DNA of 32,000 bases from Thermodesulfobacteriota bacterium (lineage in GTDB: Bacteria > Desulfobacterota > Desulfovibrionia > Desulfovibrionales > Desulfothermaceae). Numbering within the stretch: the first letter of the stretch is position 1; each line of letters opens with the position of its first letter. The notes below the pieces were generated by a model, which was given only the letters and a program-made list of their open reading frames with translations, was not told the origin of the DNA and ran no database searches. A program made the translations under genes and the position numbers. Shown here piece after piece: positions 25,168-32,000 of the stretch. The DNA is taken from positions 27,326 through 59,325 of the forward strand of contig JBNJDO010000003.1 in the NCBI GenBank assembly GCA_051744965.1, given 5' to 3'.

Positions 25168-26923
25168 GAATCTCTTCTTCCAGCTGCTGTAGCCTCCAGG
25201 TCCGGGAGTAATACCCCTTGCTGTCTGCCAGGAGCTCGCTGTGGGTACCGTGCTCCACCACCCTGCCCTGATCCAGGACAGCGATCCCAGCAGCAGGGGC
25301 AAGCGCTGTCAGCCTGTGGGAGGAGATGAGCATGCTTCTGGCATCCTTCTGACTGTAGAGGTTCTGTAGCACAGTGTAGGCAGTAGCAGCATCCATCTGG
25401 CTTACAGGATCGTCCAGGACAAGCAGCCCAGCAGGCTGCAACAGACCCCGGGCCAAGCAGATTCGCTGTTTCTGGCCCCCGGAGAGGATCACCCCCCGCT
25501 CTCCCACCAGGGTTTGCAATCCCTGGGGCAGGGAGTGCACAAACCCTGTAAGCTCAGTTTGCTGCAGCACATGATCTATATCCTCCTGGGATATATCCCT
25601 GCCCAGGGTGATATTCTCCAGGATAGAGCCTGCAAACAGGAATGCCTCCTGGGGCACAAAGGCAATGTTCTGCCTTAACTCCTGCAGGGGCAGCCCTTGG
25701 ACATCCTGGCCACCAAGCAGAATACTGCCCTGATCCGGGTCATATAGGCGGGGCACCAGCTTGAGCAGGGTGGACTTGCCGCTTCCAGGCGGGCCGGTCA
25801 GCCCCAGGCTGCCGCCTTGGGGCAGATCTAGATTAACCTCCTGCAAGGCGGGAAAATTGCTGCCGGGATAGCTGAAGCTGACCCCTTCCAGGCCCAAACC
25901 CAATCCCTGGCCTGCAGGCAGACTCTCTTTACCAGCAACTGATTCCTTTTCAGATTCTGTCTGCAGGATGCGATTTATGCGATCCAAAGAGGCCCTGCCC
26001 CGCTGCAGCAGGTTGATGGTCCAGCCCATGGCCATCATGGGCCAGGTCAAAAGGCCCAGGTAGTTGACAAAGGCCACAAACTCCCCAGGGCTGATGCCGC
26101 CCAGTATGGTCTGTCTGCCGCCCAGAAGCAGCACCAGGCCCAGACTTAAGTTGGTCAGAAAGAGCATCAAGGGGAAAAAGGCACCCACTATCCTGGCCAG
26201 GCCCAGGTTGGAGTCCACATATCTTCTGGAGCTGTCCGCCACCGTGCCCAGTATTTGCTCTTCCAGGCCATAGGCCCTGACCAGGCGCATGCCAGCCAGG
26301 CCTTCGCGCACGCTCTCGGTCAGATCAGAGAACCTGGCCTGTACATCCTGATAGCGATTATGCAGCCTGCGGCTGAAAAAAAGGGTGCCCAGAACAATAA
26401 AAGGCATGGGAATAAGCACCAACAGGGTAAGCTGAATATTGATGGCCAGCATGAAACCCACTGCTGCCAGGCCCAGAAATATTGCATCGTTTACAGCCAC
26501 CAGCCCCATGCCTGCAGCCATGCGCACCTGCTGCAGATCATTGGTGGCATGGGCCATAAGATCGCCGGTCTTAGTTTTGTCGAAATAGCTGCAGCTCAAG
26601 GTCTGGACATGGGCCAGGAGCTGATTGCGCAGCCCCTCCTCCAGCCTGCGGGCATTGCCCATTAGACAGCTGCGCCAGATATAGCGAAAACCGCCCATGA
26701 CCAGGGCTACAGCTGCTATTAACCCGGCATACCCTGCCAAATGGACAGCTTCAATCTGCAGGGCTGTGAGCTGATCCACTACCAGGCCCAGGATCCTGGG
26801 GATCAACAGCTGCAGCAGATTGACCACTATCAGGCTGCAGACACCGATCAGGATCCAACCCCTGCGCTCCCGGAAATAAGGCCAGACCAGGGCCAGAGAG
26901 CCCTGCCTGCTCAGGTTTCGCAT
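25157..26923 (-). CDS. ABC transporter permease/ATP-binding fusion protein (type I exporter half-transporter, MdlA-like)
   Basis: 588 aa. TM domain, Walker A GPPGSGKST, signature LSGGQKQR and Walker B LLVLDDPVSQMD. Its coupling to the downstream paralog suggests a heterodimer. Confidence 0.85.
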   Translation of the reverse strand: MRNLSRQGSLALVWPYFRERRGWILIGVCSLIVVNLLQLLIPRILGLVVDQLTALQIEAVHLAGYAGLIAAVALVMGGFRYIWRSCLMGNARRLEEGLRNQLLAHVQTLSCSYFDKTKTGDLMAHATNDLQQVRMAAGMGLVAVNDAIFLGLAAVGFMLAINIQLTLLVLIPMPFIVLGTLFFSRRLHNRYQDVQARFSDLTESVREGLAGMRLVRAYGLEEQILGTVADSSRRYVDSNLGLARIVGAFFPLMLFLTNLSLGLVLLLGGRQTILGGISPGEFVAFVNYLGLLTWPMMAMGWTINLLQRGRASLDRINRILQTESEKESVAGKESLPAGQGLGLGLEGVSFSYPGSNFPALQEVNLDLPQGGSLGLTGPPGSGKSTLLKLVPRLYDPDQGSILLGGQDVQGLPLQELRQNIAFVPQEAFLFAGSILENITLGRDISQEDIDHVLQQTELTGFVHSLPQGLQTLVGERGVILSGGQKQRICLARGLLQPAGLLVLDDPVSQMDAATAYTVLQNLYSQKDARSMLISSHRLTALAPAAGIAVLDQGRVVEHGTHSELLADSKGYYSRTWRLQQLEEEIHAY

Positions 26924-26977
26924 AGCATGCTCTTTTTAAGTATATATGGATAAGCTTATATGTGAGAGAACTGAAAA

Positions 26978-26993
26978 GCAGCAGATCTGCTGC
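26978..26993. promoter_or_regulatory. Perfect 16-bp palindrome in a divergent promoter region (candidate operator)
   Basis: GCAGCAGATCTGCTGC, read directly. It lies 55 nt upstream of the ABC operon start and 84 nt upstream of the CMD gene start. Confidence 0.35.
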
Positions 26994-27076
26994 AAAACAG
27001 GCTTGACAGCCTAGCAGCTACCAGGCTATGGAAAGCTACATATAAATTTCCAGCCCTTAAGCAAAGGAGCAAGCCC

Positions 27077-27391
27077 ATGCAAGAGCCTCCACAGCATTTT
27101 CAGAACCTGCAGAAAAGCTACAAGCCTGTTCTGGACGCTTTGGGCCAGGTAGGCCAGGCAGTACGCGAGGCAGGCCCCATCCAGGAAAAGCAGGCCCAGC
27201 TCATTCAGCTGGCAGCATCAGCGGCTATCAGGTCAGAAGGAGCAGTACACAGCCACACCCGCAGGGCAATGCAGGCAGGGGCCAGCCCGGAGGAGATCAG
27301 ACAGACCCTGCTGCTTTTGATCTCCACCATAGGCTATCCCACGGTGGCTGCCGCCCTGTCCTGGGCAGAGGATATCCTGCAGGAAAATTAG
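27077..27391 (+). CDS. Carboxymuconolactone decarboxylase (CMD/AhpD-like) family protein
   Basis: 104 aa. The CMD-domain pattern LIQLAASAAIRSEGAVHSHTRRAMQAGASPEEIRQTL is present. AAAGGAG RBS. Confidence 0.75.
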   Translation: MQEPPQHFQNLQKSYKPVLDALGQVGQAVREAGPIQEKQAQLIQLAASAAIRSEGAVHSHTRRAMQAGASPEEIRQTLLLLISTIGYPTVAAALSWAEDILQEN

Positions 27392-27402
27392 CCCAGCTTT
27401 GC

Positions 27403-28347
27403 TCAGTCTGCAGGAGAAAGTATCTTGTCCCTGGTCTGCAGGTAATGCTCCAGGTGCTCTCCGCCCAGGTTGATGGCCTTTTGCGCAGCTTGCAGGGCCT
27501 CTAGATCTCTGCCCTGCTCAGCCAGGACCTGGGCTAGATTGTTCCAGGCTGGGGCAGATTCAGGGTGTAATTCTACAGCCTTGCGCAGGGCTTGCACAGC
27601 CCTGCTTTGCTTTTGCAGGGCATAAAAGCAGTTGGCCTGGCCCAAAAGCGCAGCCAGATCCCGTGGCCATTTCTGCAAGGCAGCCTGGTAGCCCTGCTTT
27701 GCCAGATCATGCTGACCGCCCTGCTCCAATGCGTACACAGCCTGCAGGTATCTATGCCTGTTAGCAGCAGCAGGCAGCCTGCCTGGCGGCAGAACCACCA
27801 GGCCCCAATAATCTGCCCTGGCCCAAGTCCGCAAAAAGGTCCTCTCCTTTATCCGTCTGGGCTCAGGGCTGCCGTCCAGGAGACAGAGTGAGTCCTGTTC
27901 TGGACTAAAACCGCAGACCACTGCGTAATGCCAGACAGGGAACCAGGAAAGGCCCCGGTTCTGCAGTACCAGGACCGGTATCTCTGCTTTTAGCTGCGCC
28001 AGGAGCTCTCTTTTGCCCTGGATTTCATAGGCCAAGGCCCCTTTTCTGCGGGCTGCGCCGAGCAAAGCAGGCTGTAGTGTCCCTTGCCTTTCCGGATTAT
28101 AAAGCAAGGGCTCCAGCTCCCCAGGGCTGACCTCTACCCCGCTCCAATGCAGCAAAGAAGCCAAAGAGGCTGCCCCGCACTGCTTGGCACGCTGCTCGAA
28201 CCCGGGAACGTCCTGGATTTCTACAGCCTCCTGTCCTGGAGCATCTGCAGGGACCAAAGGAGCAGTCGGACCTGCGCAGCCCGCAGCAAACAGCAGAAAA
28301 GGCCAGAGCGCAATCAAAAGGTATCTAAGCCGCCAGGACAAAATCAA
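27403..28347 (-). CDS. PA2778-like lipoprotein cysteine peptidase (C39-like papain fold) with C-terminal TPR repeats
   Basis: 314 aa. Lipobox FAAGC, catalytic-type QCGAASLASLL and downstream WHYAVV, and C-terminal TPR-like repeats. TTG start 12 nt after the upstream stop. Confidence 0.7.
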   Translation of the reverse strand: MILSWRLRYLLIALWPFLLFAAGCAGPTAPLVPADAPGQEAVEIQDVPGFEQRAKQCGAASLASLLHWSGVEVSPGELEPLLYNPERQGTLQPALLGAARRKGALAYEIQGKRELLAQLKAEIPVLVLQNRGLSWFPVWHYAVVCGFSPEQDSLCLLDGSPEPRRIKERTFLRTWARADYWGLVVLPPGRLPAAANRHRYLQAVYALEQGGQHDLAKQGYQAALQKWPRDLAALLGQANCFYALQKQSRAVQALRKAVELHPESAPAWNNLAQVLAEQGRDLEALQAAQKAINLGGEHLEHYLQTRDKILSPAD

Positions 28348-28359
28348 GCCAATACAGAT

Positions 28360-28776
28360 TTAGCGAATCTGTTCCTTTTTGACGAAAGTAAACACGTCTG
28401 TGTAGCCCAGAATGTCAGTTATGATCAGCACCACAAAAATAAACAGGGCAGCGCCCACAATAGTTCCTGCACCCTGGCCCGCGGGCAGCTCCGGCAGTCT
28501 GGCCGCAGCTGCCTGGACCTCGGAATCGCTCAAGGCCTTTACCCTGGCCTCGGCCTCATCCGGAGCAATCCCCTGCTTCTCTAAGGCCTTTGCCACCTCT
28601 TCGCGCTGCAGGAAATCCTGCAGCTTCTGCCTGGCTTCCCTGGTCTCCTCGGATTCCAGGACAGCTCCAGTCTCCAGCATGGCAGCCTGTACCGGCCAGA
28701 CAGGAACCAGGGTGAAAGCCAGGACCAGGACCAGAAACAGGCTTGTAATCCGATAGAACATGCTTGGTGCAGACAT
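28360..28776 (-). CDS. PA2779-like small secreted/membrane protein (partner of the peptidase)
   Basis: 138 aa. Signal peptide (LVLVLAFTLVPVWPVQA), a helical acidic middle (LQREEVAKALEKQGIAPDEAEARVKALSDSEV), and a C-terminal TM segment GTIVGAALFIFVVLIITDILG. AAGGAGG RBS. Confidence 0.6.
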   Translation of the reverse strand: MSAPSMFYRITSLFLVLVLAFTLVPVWPVQAAMLETGAVLESEETREARQKLQDFLQREEVAKALEKQGIAPDEAEARVKALSDSEVQAAAARLPELPAGQGAGTIVGAALFIFVVLIITDILGYTDVFTFVKKEQIR

Positions 28777-28933
28777 GGGACCTCCTTGTTTTGTTTACGC
28801 TTTTGGGCATGTGATATGCCAGCCTGGATGACAGGCCTTTTTATATGCCAATTCAAGCCTGAAGGCAACAAAATCCCTGCAGGGAGCCTATAGGATCCAG
28901 TATACTCAAGAACATAAACAAAGGAGCAGCAGC

Positions 28934-30061
28934 ATGAAAATCGGTTGTCCCCGGGAGATCAAGGACAGCGAGTTCAGGGTGGGACTGACCCCGGCAGCAG
29001 CAAGGGCCTATATCCAGCACGGACACAGTGTGCTGATCCAAAAAGGGGCAGGAGCAGGCTCAGGCATCACTGACTCGGAATATGCACAAGCCGGAGCCAA
29101 GCTTCTGGAATCCGGCCCAGAGATCTGGCAGCAGGCAGAAATGATAGTCAAGGTCAAGGAACCCCTGCCTGAAGAATATGGGCTTATGCAGCCCGGACAG
29201 ATTGTGTACACCTATTTCCATCTGGCTGCCAGCCAGGAGCTGACCCAGGCCTGTCTGGACAAGGAGATCATTGCTGTAGCTTACGAGACAGTGCAGACAG
29301 ATACCGGGGCTTTGCCTCTACTCAAGCCCATGAGCGAGGTGGCTGGACGCATGGCTCCGCTCATGGGCGCATTTTACATGGCCCGGCCATTTGGGGGCAG
29401 AGGCCTGCTGCCCACTGGAGTACCCGGAGTGCTTCCGGCCAATGTGCTCATTATCGGCGGAGGCGTGGTGGGCAGCAATGCAGCCAAGACAGCCGCAGGC
29501 TTCGGCTGCCAGGTGACTATCATGGATATCCAGGTGGACACACTGGAGCACCTGGGTAATATCCTGCCGGTGAATGTCTTCACCCAGTTCAGCAACAGCC
29601 ACAACCTGGAGGCGGCTTTGCAGCGTGCGGATATAGTGATTGGGGCTGTGCTGCTGCCCGGGGCCAAGGCCCCCAAGCTTCTAGGCAAGAAAGAGCTGCA
29701 CAGGATGAAGCCTGGGGCCATACTGGTGGATGTGGCCATTGATCAGGGAGGCTGCGCAGAGACCTCCAGGCCCACCACCCACAGTGACCCGGTATATATT
29801 GAGGAGGATGTCCTGCACTATTGTGTGGCCAACATGCCCGGGGCCTACTCCCGGACCTCCACCTTTGCCCTGAACCACGCCACCATAGGCTTTGGCCTGC
29901 AGCTGGCAGGCAAGGGCGCAGAAAAGGCCTGCAAGGAAAACCCCGTGCTTTGCCGCGGTCTGAATGCCTACAAAGGCACTTTGACCTGTCCGCCGGTGGC
30001 AGAGGCCTTTGACCTGCAGGAGGTCTGCAAGCAGCCCCAGGAGGTGATCCAGGCAGTGTAG
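28934..30061 (+). CDS. ald: Alanine dehydrogenase
   Basis: 375 aa. N-terminal MKIGCPREIKDSEFRVGLTP and NAD motif IIGGGVVGSNAA. Full-length AlaDH architecture. Confidence 0.9.
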   Translation: MKIGCPREIKDSEFRVGLTPAAARAYIQHGHSVLIQKGAGAGSGITDSEYAQAGAKLLESGPEIWQQAEMIVKVKEPLPEEYGLMQPGQIVYTYFHLAASQELTQACLDKEIIAVAYETVQTDTGALPLLKPMSEVAGRMAPLMGAFYMARPFGGRGLLPTGVPGVLPANVLIIGGGVVGSNAAKTAAGFGCQVTIMDIQVDTLEHLGNILPVNVFTQFSNSHNLEAALQRADIVIGAVLLPGAKAPKLLGKKELHRMKPGAILVDVAIDQGGCAETSRPTTHSDPVYIEEDVLHYCVANMPGAYSRTSTFALNHATIGFGLQLAGKGAEKACKENPVLCRGLNAYKGTLTCPPVAEAFDLQEVCKQPQEVIQAV

Positions 30062-30139
30062 AGCCTTTGAGGGCAAAAGCCTTTAATCAATCTGCTTTGG
30101 ACTTTTGCCAGTAAACCGCAACCTAAAAGGAGGAGTTGG

Positions 30140-31486
30140 ATGGAAGCTCTGCAAGGCATTCTGAGTGCGGTCAGCGGATTCGTCTGGGGTCCCTACATGC
30201 TGATCCTGTTGGTGGGTACAGGCGTCTACCTGACCTTCGGCATGAAATGGAGGACAGTTAGCAAGCTGGGCTATGCCTTCAAGATGATGGTCAGGGGCAT
30301 AGACAAGAAAAAGCAGGAAGGCGAAGGGGAAATCACCCCTTTCCAGGCCCTGACCACTGCCCTGGCAGCCACCATAGGCACCGGAAACATAGCAGGCGTG
30401 GCCACTGCCATCTACTTGGGCGGTCCCGGGGCTGTGTTCTGGATGTGGGTCACTGCCCTGTTCGGGATGGCGGTCAAGTATGCAGAGGCTGTACTGGCTG
30501 TGCGCTACAGGGAGACCATGCCTGACGGCTCCTTTGTAGGCGGCCCCATGTACTATATCAAAAACGGCATGGGCAAGAACTGGAAATGGCTGGGCATGCT
30601 CTTTGCCATTTTTGCTGCGGTAGCCTGCTTTGGCATCGGCAACACAGTGCAGTCCAACTCAGTGGCCCTGGCGGTAAACCGAGCCTTTGACATCCCCTTC
30701 TGGCTCACAGGCCTGGTCCTGGCCGGGCTGACCTTTGCCGTGATTATCGGCGGCATCAAGCGTATCGCCAATGTGGCGGAGAAATTGGTGCCCTTTATGG
30801 CCATCATCTACGTGGTCGGGGCCTTGATAGTGATCCTGGCCAACTTCACTGAAATCGGCTCTGCCTTCAAGCTCATCTTCACGGATGCCTTTACAGGCAC
30901 CGCAGCCACAGGTGGGTTCACTGGAGCCGGGCTTGCAGCAGCCCTGCGCTTCGGCGTGGCCAGAGGTGTCTTCTCCAACGAGGCCGGACTGGGCTCCGCA
31001 CCTATAGCCCACGCTGCAGCCCGGACCAAGGATCCTGTCCGCCAGGGCATCGTGGCCATGCTCAGCCCGTTTATCGATACCATAGTGGTTTGCACCATGA
31101 CCGCCCTGGTAGTCATCATGACCGGGGCCTGGACCAGCGGAGAGACCAGCTCTGCGCTGACCGCCCTGGCCTTCAACCAGGGCCTGCCTGGGCCCGGGGA
31201 TTTTATAGTCGGCTTTGGGCTGATCATCTTCGCTTTCTCTACCATCCTGGCCTGGAGCTACTACGGCCAGGTATCAGTGGAGTACATCTTCGGCCTCAAG
31301 GGAGTAACCCCGTTTAGATACGCCTATGTCATCCTGGTCTTCCTGGGTGCCATACTGAATCTGGATCTGGTCTGGACCTTTGCGGACATGATGAACGGCT
31401 TGATGATTGTCCCCAACCTGATTGCCCTTCTGGTTTTGAGCCCGGTGGTTTTCCGTCTAACCAAGGACTACTTCGGCAACAGGTAA
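30140..31486 (+). CDS. Alanine/glycine:cation symporter (AGCS family)
   Basis: 448 aa polytopic membrane protein. Motifs TPFQALTTALAATIGTGNIAGVATAI and FSNEAGLGSAPIAHAAA are typical of the AGCS family. AAGGAGG RBS. Confidence 0.9.
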   Translation: MEALQGILSAVSGFVWGPYMLILLVGTGVYLTFGMKWRTVSKLGYAFKMMVRGIDKKKQEGEGEITPFQALTTALAATIGTGNIAGVATAIYLGGPGAVFWMWVTALFGMAVKYAEAVLAVRYRETMPDGSFVGGPMYYIKNGMGKNWKWLGMLFAIFAAVACFGIGNTVQSNSVALAVNRAFDIPFWLTGLVLAGLTFAVIIGGIKRIANVAEKLVPFMAIIYVVGALIVILANFTEIGSAFKLIFTDAFTGTAATGGFTGAGLAAALRFGVARGVFSNEAGLGSAPIAHAAARTKDPVRQGIVAMLSPFIDTIVVCTMTALVVIMTGAWTSGETSSALTALAFNQGLPGPGDFIVGFGLIIFAFSTILAWSYYGQVSVEYIFGLKGVTPFRYAYVILVFLGAILNLDLVWTFADMMNGLMIVPNLIALLVLSPVVFRLTKDYFGNR

Positions 31487-31495
31487 ATTAGAGGA

Positions 31496-31538
31496 GGAAG
31501 TTGGCCCCCTGGGGAGGATCATCATGGGGCCAACTTCC
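31496..31538 (+). terminator. Perfect 13-bp stem hairpin downstream of the symporter gene
   Basis: GGAAGTTGGCCCC (31496-31508) pairs with GGGGCCAACTTCC (31526-31538), followed only by TT. The stem is strong and the U-tract weak. Confidence 0.6.
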
Positions 31539-31657
31539 TTAGCCCTAGGTTAAATAGACCATAGGTCTACGGCAAAGCCGTATTTAACTGGGTGGCAAGT
31601 GTGAGTAAAGATCTGCTTCCAGGATGCAGATTGTGTTGACCCGGGCAGAAACAATTC

Positions 31658-31686
31658 TTGACAGAGAGAAAAAGGCGGGTTAATAT
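31658..31686 (+). promoter_or_regulatory. Near-consensus sigma-70 promoter for tRNA-Asp
   Basis: TTGACA (31658-31663), a 17-nt spacer, then TAATAT (31681-31686). The mature tRNA 5' end lies 16 nt downstream of the -10 box. Confidence 0.6.
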
Positions 31687-31701
31687 TTTGCTGTCTTTGC
31701 G

Positions 31702-31779
<78 letters not shown>

Positions 31780-31792
31780 CTTTCATATCCAC

Positions 31793-32000
31793 TTATTCCT
31801 TTCTGCCGTAAACATCCTCAATACGTTCTATATCGTCCTCACCCAGATAGCTTCCGGTCTGGACCTCAATCAGCTCCAGAGGTATGCGGCCCGGATTCTC
31901 CAGGCGATGCACAGTCCCCAAGGGGATATACATGGATTGGTCCTCTGTGAGAACGACCTCCTCCTGGTCCTTGACCACCCTGGCCGTGCCTCGGACCACC
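31793..32000 (-). CDS. manC: Mannose-1-phosphate guanylyltransferase/mannose-6-phosphate isomerase, C-terminal cupin part (partial, continues past the window)
   Basis: The C-terminal sequence [45 protein letters not shown] is the conserved cupin end of ManC/CpsB-type enzymes. The frame stays open to the window edge. Confidence 0.75.
   Translation of the reverse strand, partial: VVRGTARVVKDQEEVVLTEDQSMYIPLGTVHRLENPGRIPLELIEVQTGSYLGEDDIERIEDVYGRKE

Noticed and set aside
28804-28820. A sigma-54-like GG-N10-GC pattern (TGGGCATGTGATATGCC) upstream of ald.
   Set aside because: Only the GG/GC dinucleotides fit. The flanking bases (TGGGCA and ATGCC) are far from TGGCAC and TTGCW. The same bases are better explained as part of the ATATGCCA repeat or a GGCAT/ATGCC inverted repeat.

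Overview
This window looks like ordinary bacterial chromosome of moderate-to-high GC, with strong CTG/CAG codon bias and dense coding on both strands. I saw no transposase, integrase, phage gene or CRISPR array. The gene content hints at a sulfur-metabolising, Desulfobacterota-like anaerobe, but that is inference only.

Recognisable housekeeping genes:
- beta-hydroxyacid dehydrogenase, PreP-like M16C peptidase, eukaryote-type UDP-sugar pyrophosphorylase and galE
- maf and pgpA
- an ACT-domain gene next to a UPF0210 gene
- an MBL hydrolase and a NifX-like protein
- azlCD, a nitroreductase and a heterodimeric ABC exporter pair
- a CMD-family protein, ald with an alanine:cation symporter, tRNA-Asp, and the 3' end of manC

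Regions worth a second look:
1. A seven-gene minus-strand operon at 14320-17592. It combines YedE/YeeE, TusA and two DsrE-fold-like proteins with four small unassignable partners, one of them a 57-aa ORF missing from the ORF track. A near-consensus sigma-54 promoter lies upstream. It looks like an expanded YTD-type sulfur-relay cluster with no known biochemistry.
2. A 136-bp nested palindromic element at 17898-18033 in the long intergenic region beside that operon.
3. A PA2778/PA2779-like pair: a lipoprotein cysteine peptidase with TPR repeats, plus a small membrane protein.
4. An operon made of an internally deleted FAD-oxidoreductase remnant, a membrane-anchored Mrr-type nuclease-domain protein and a lipoprotein.

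All family assignments come from motif recognition by eye. No searches were run.
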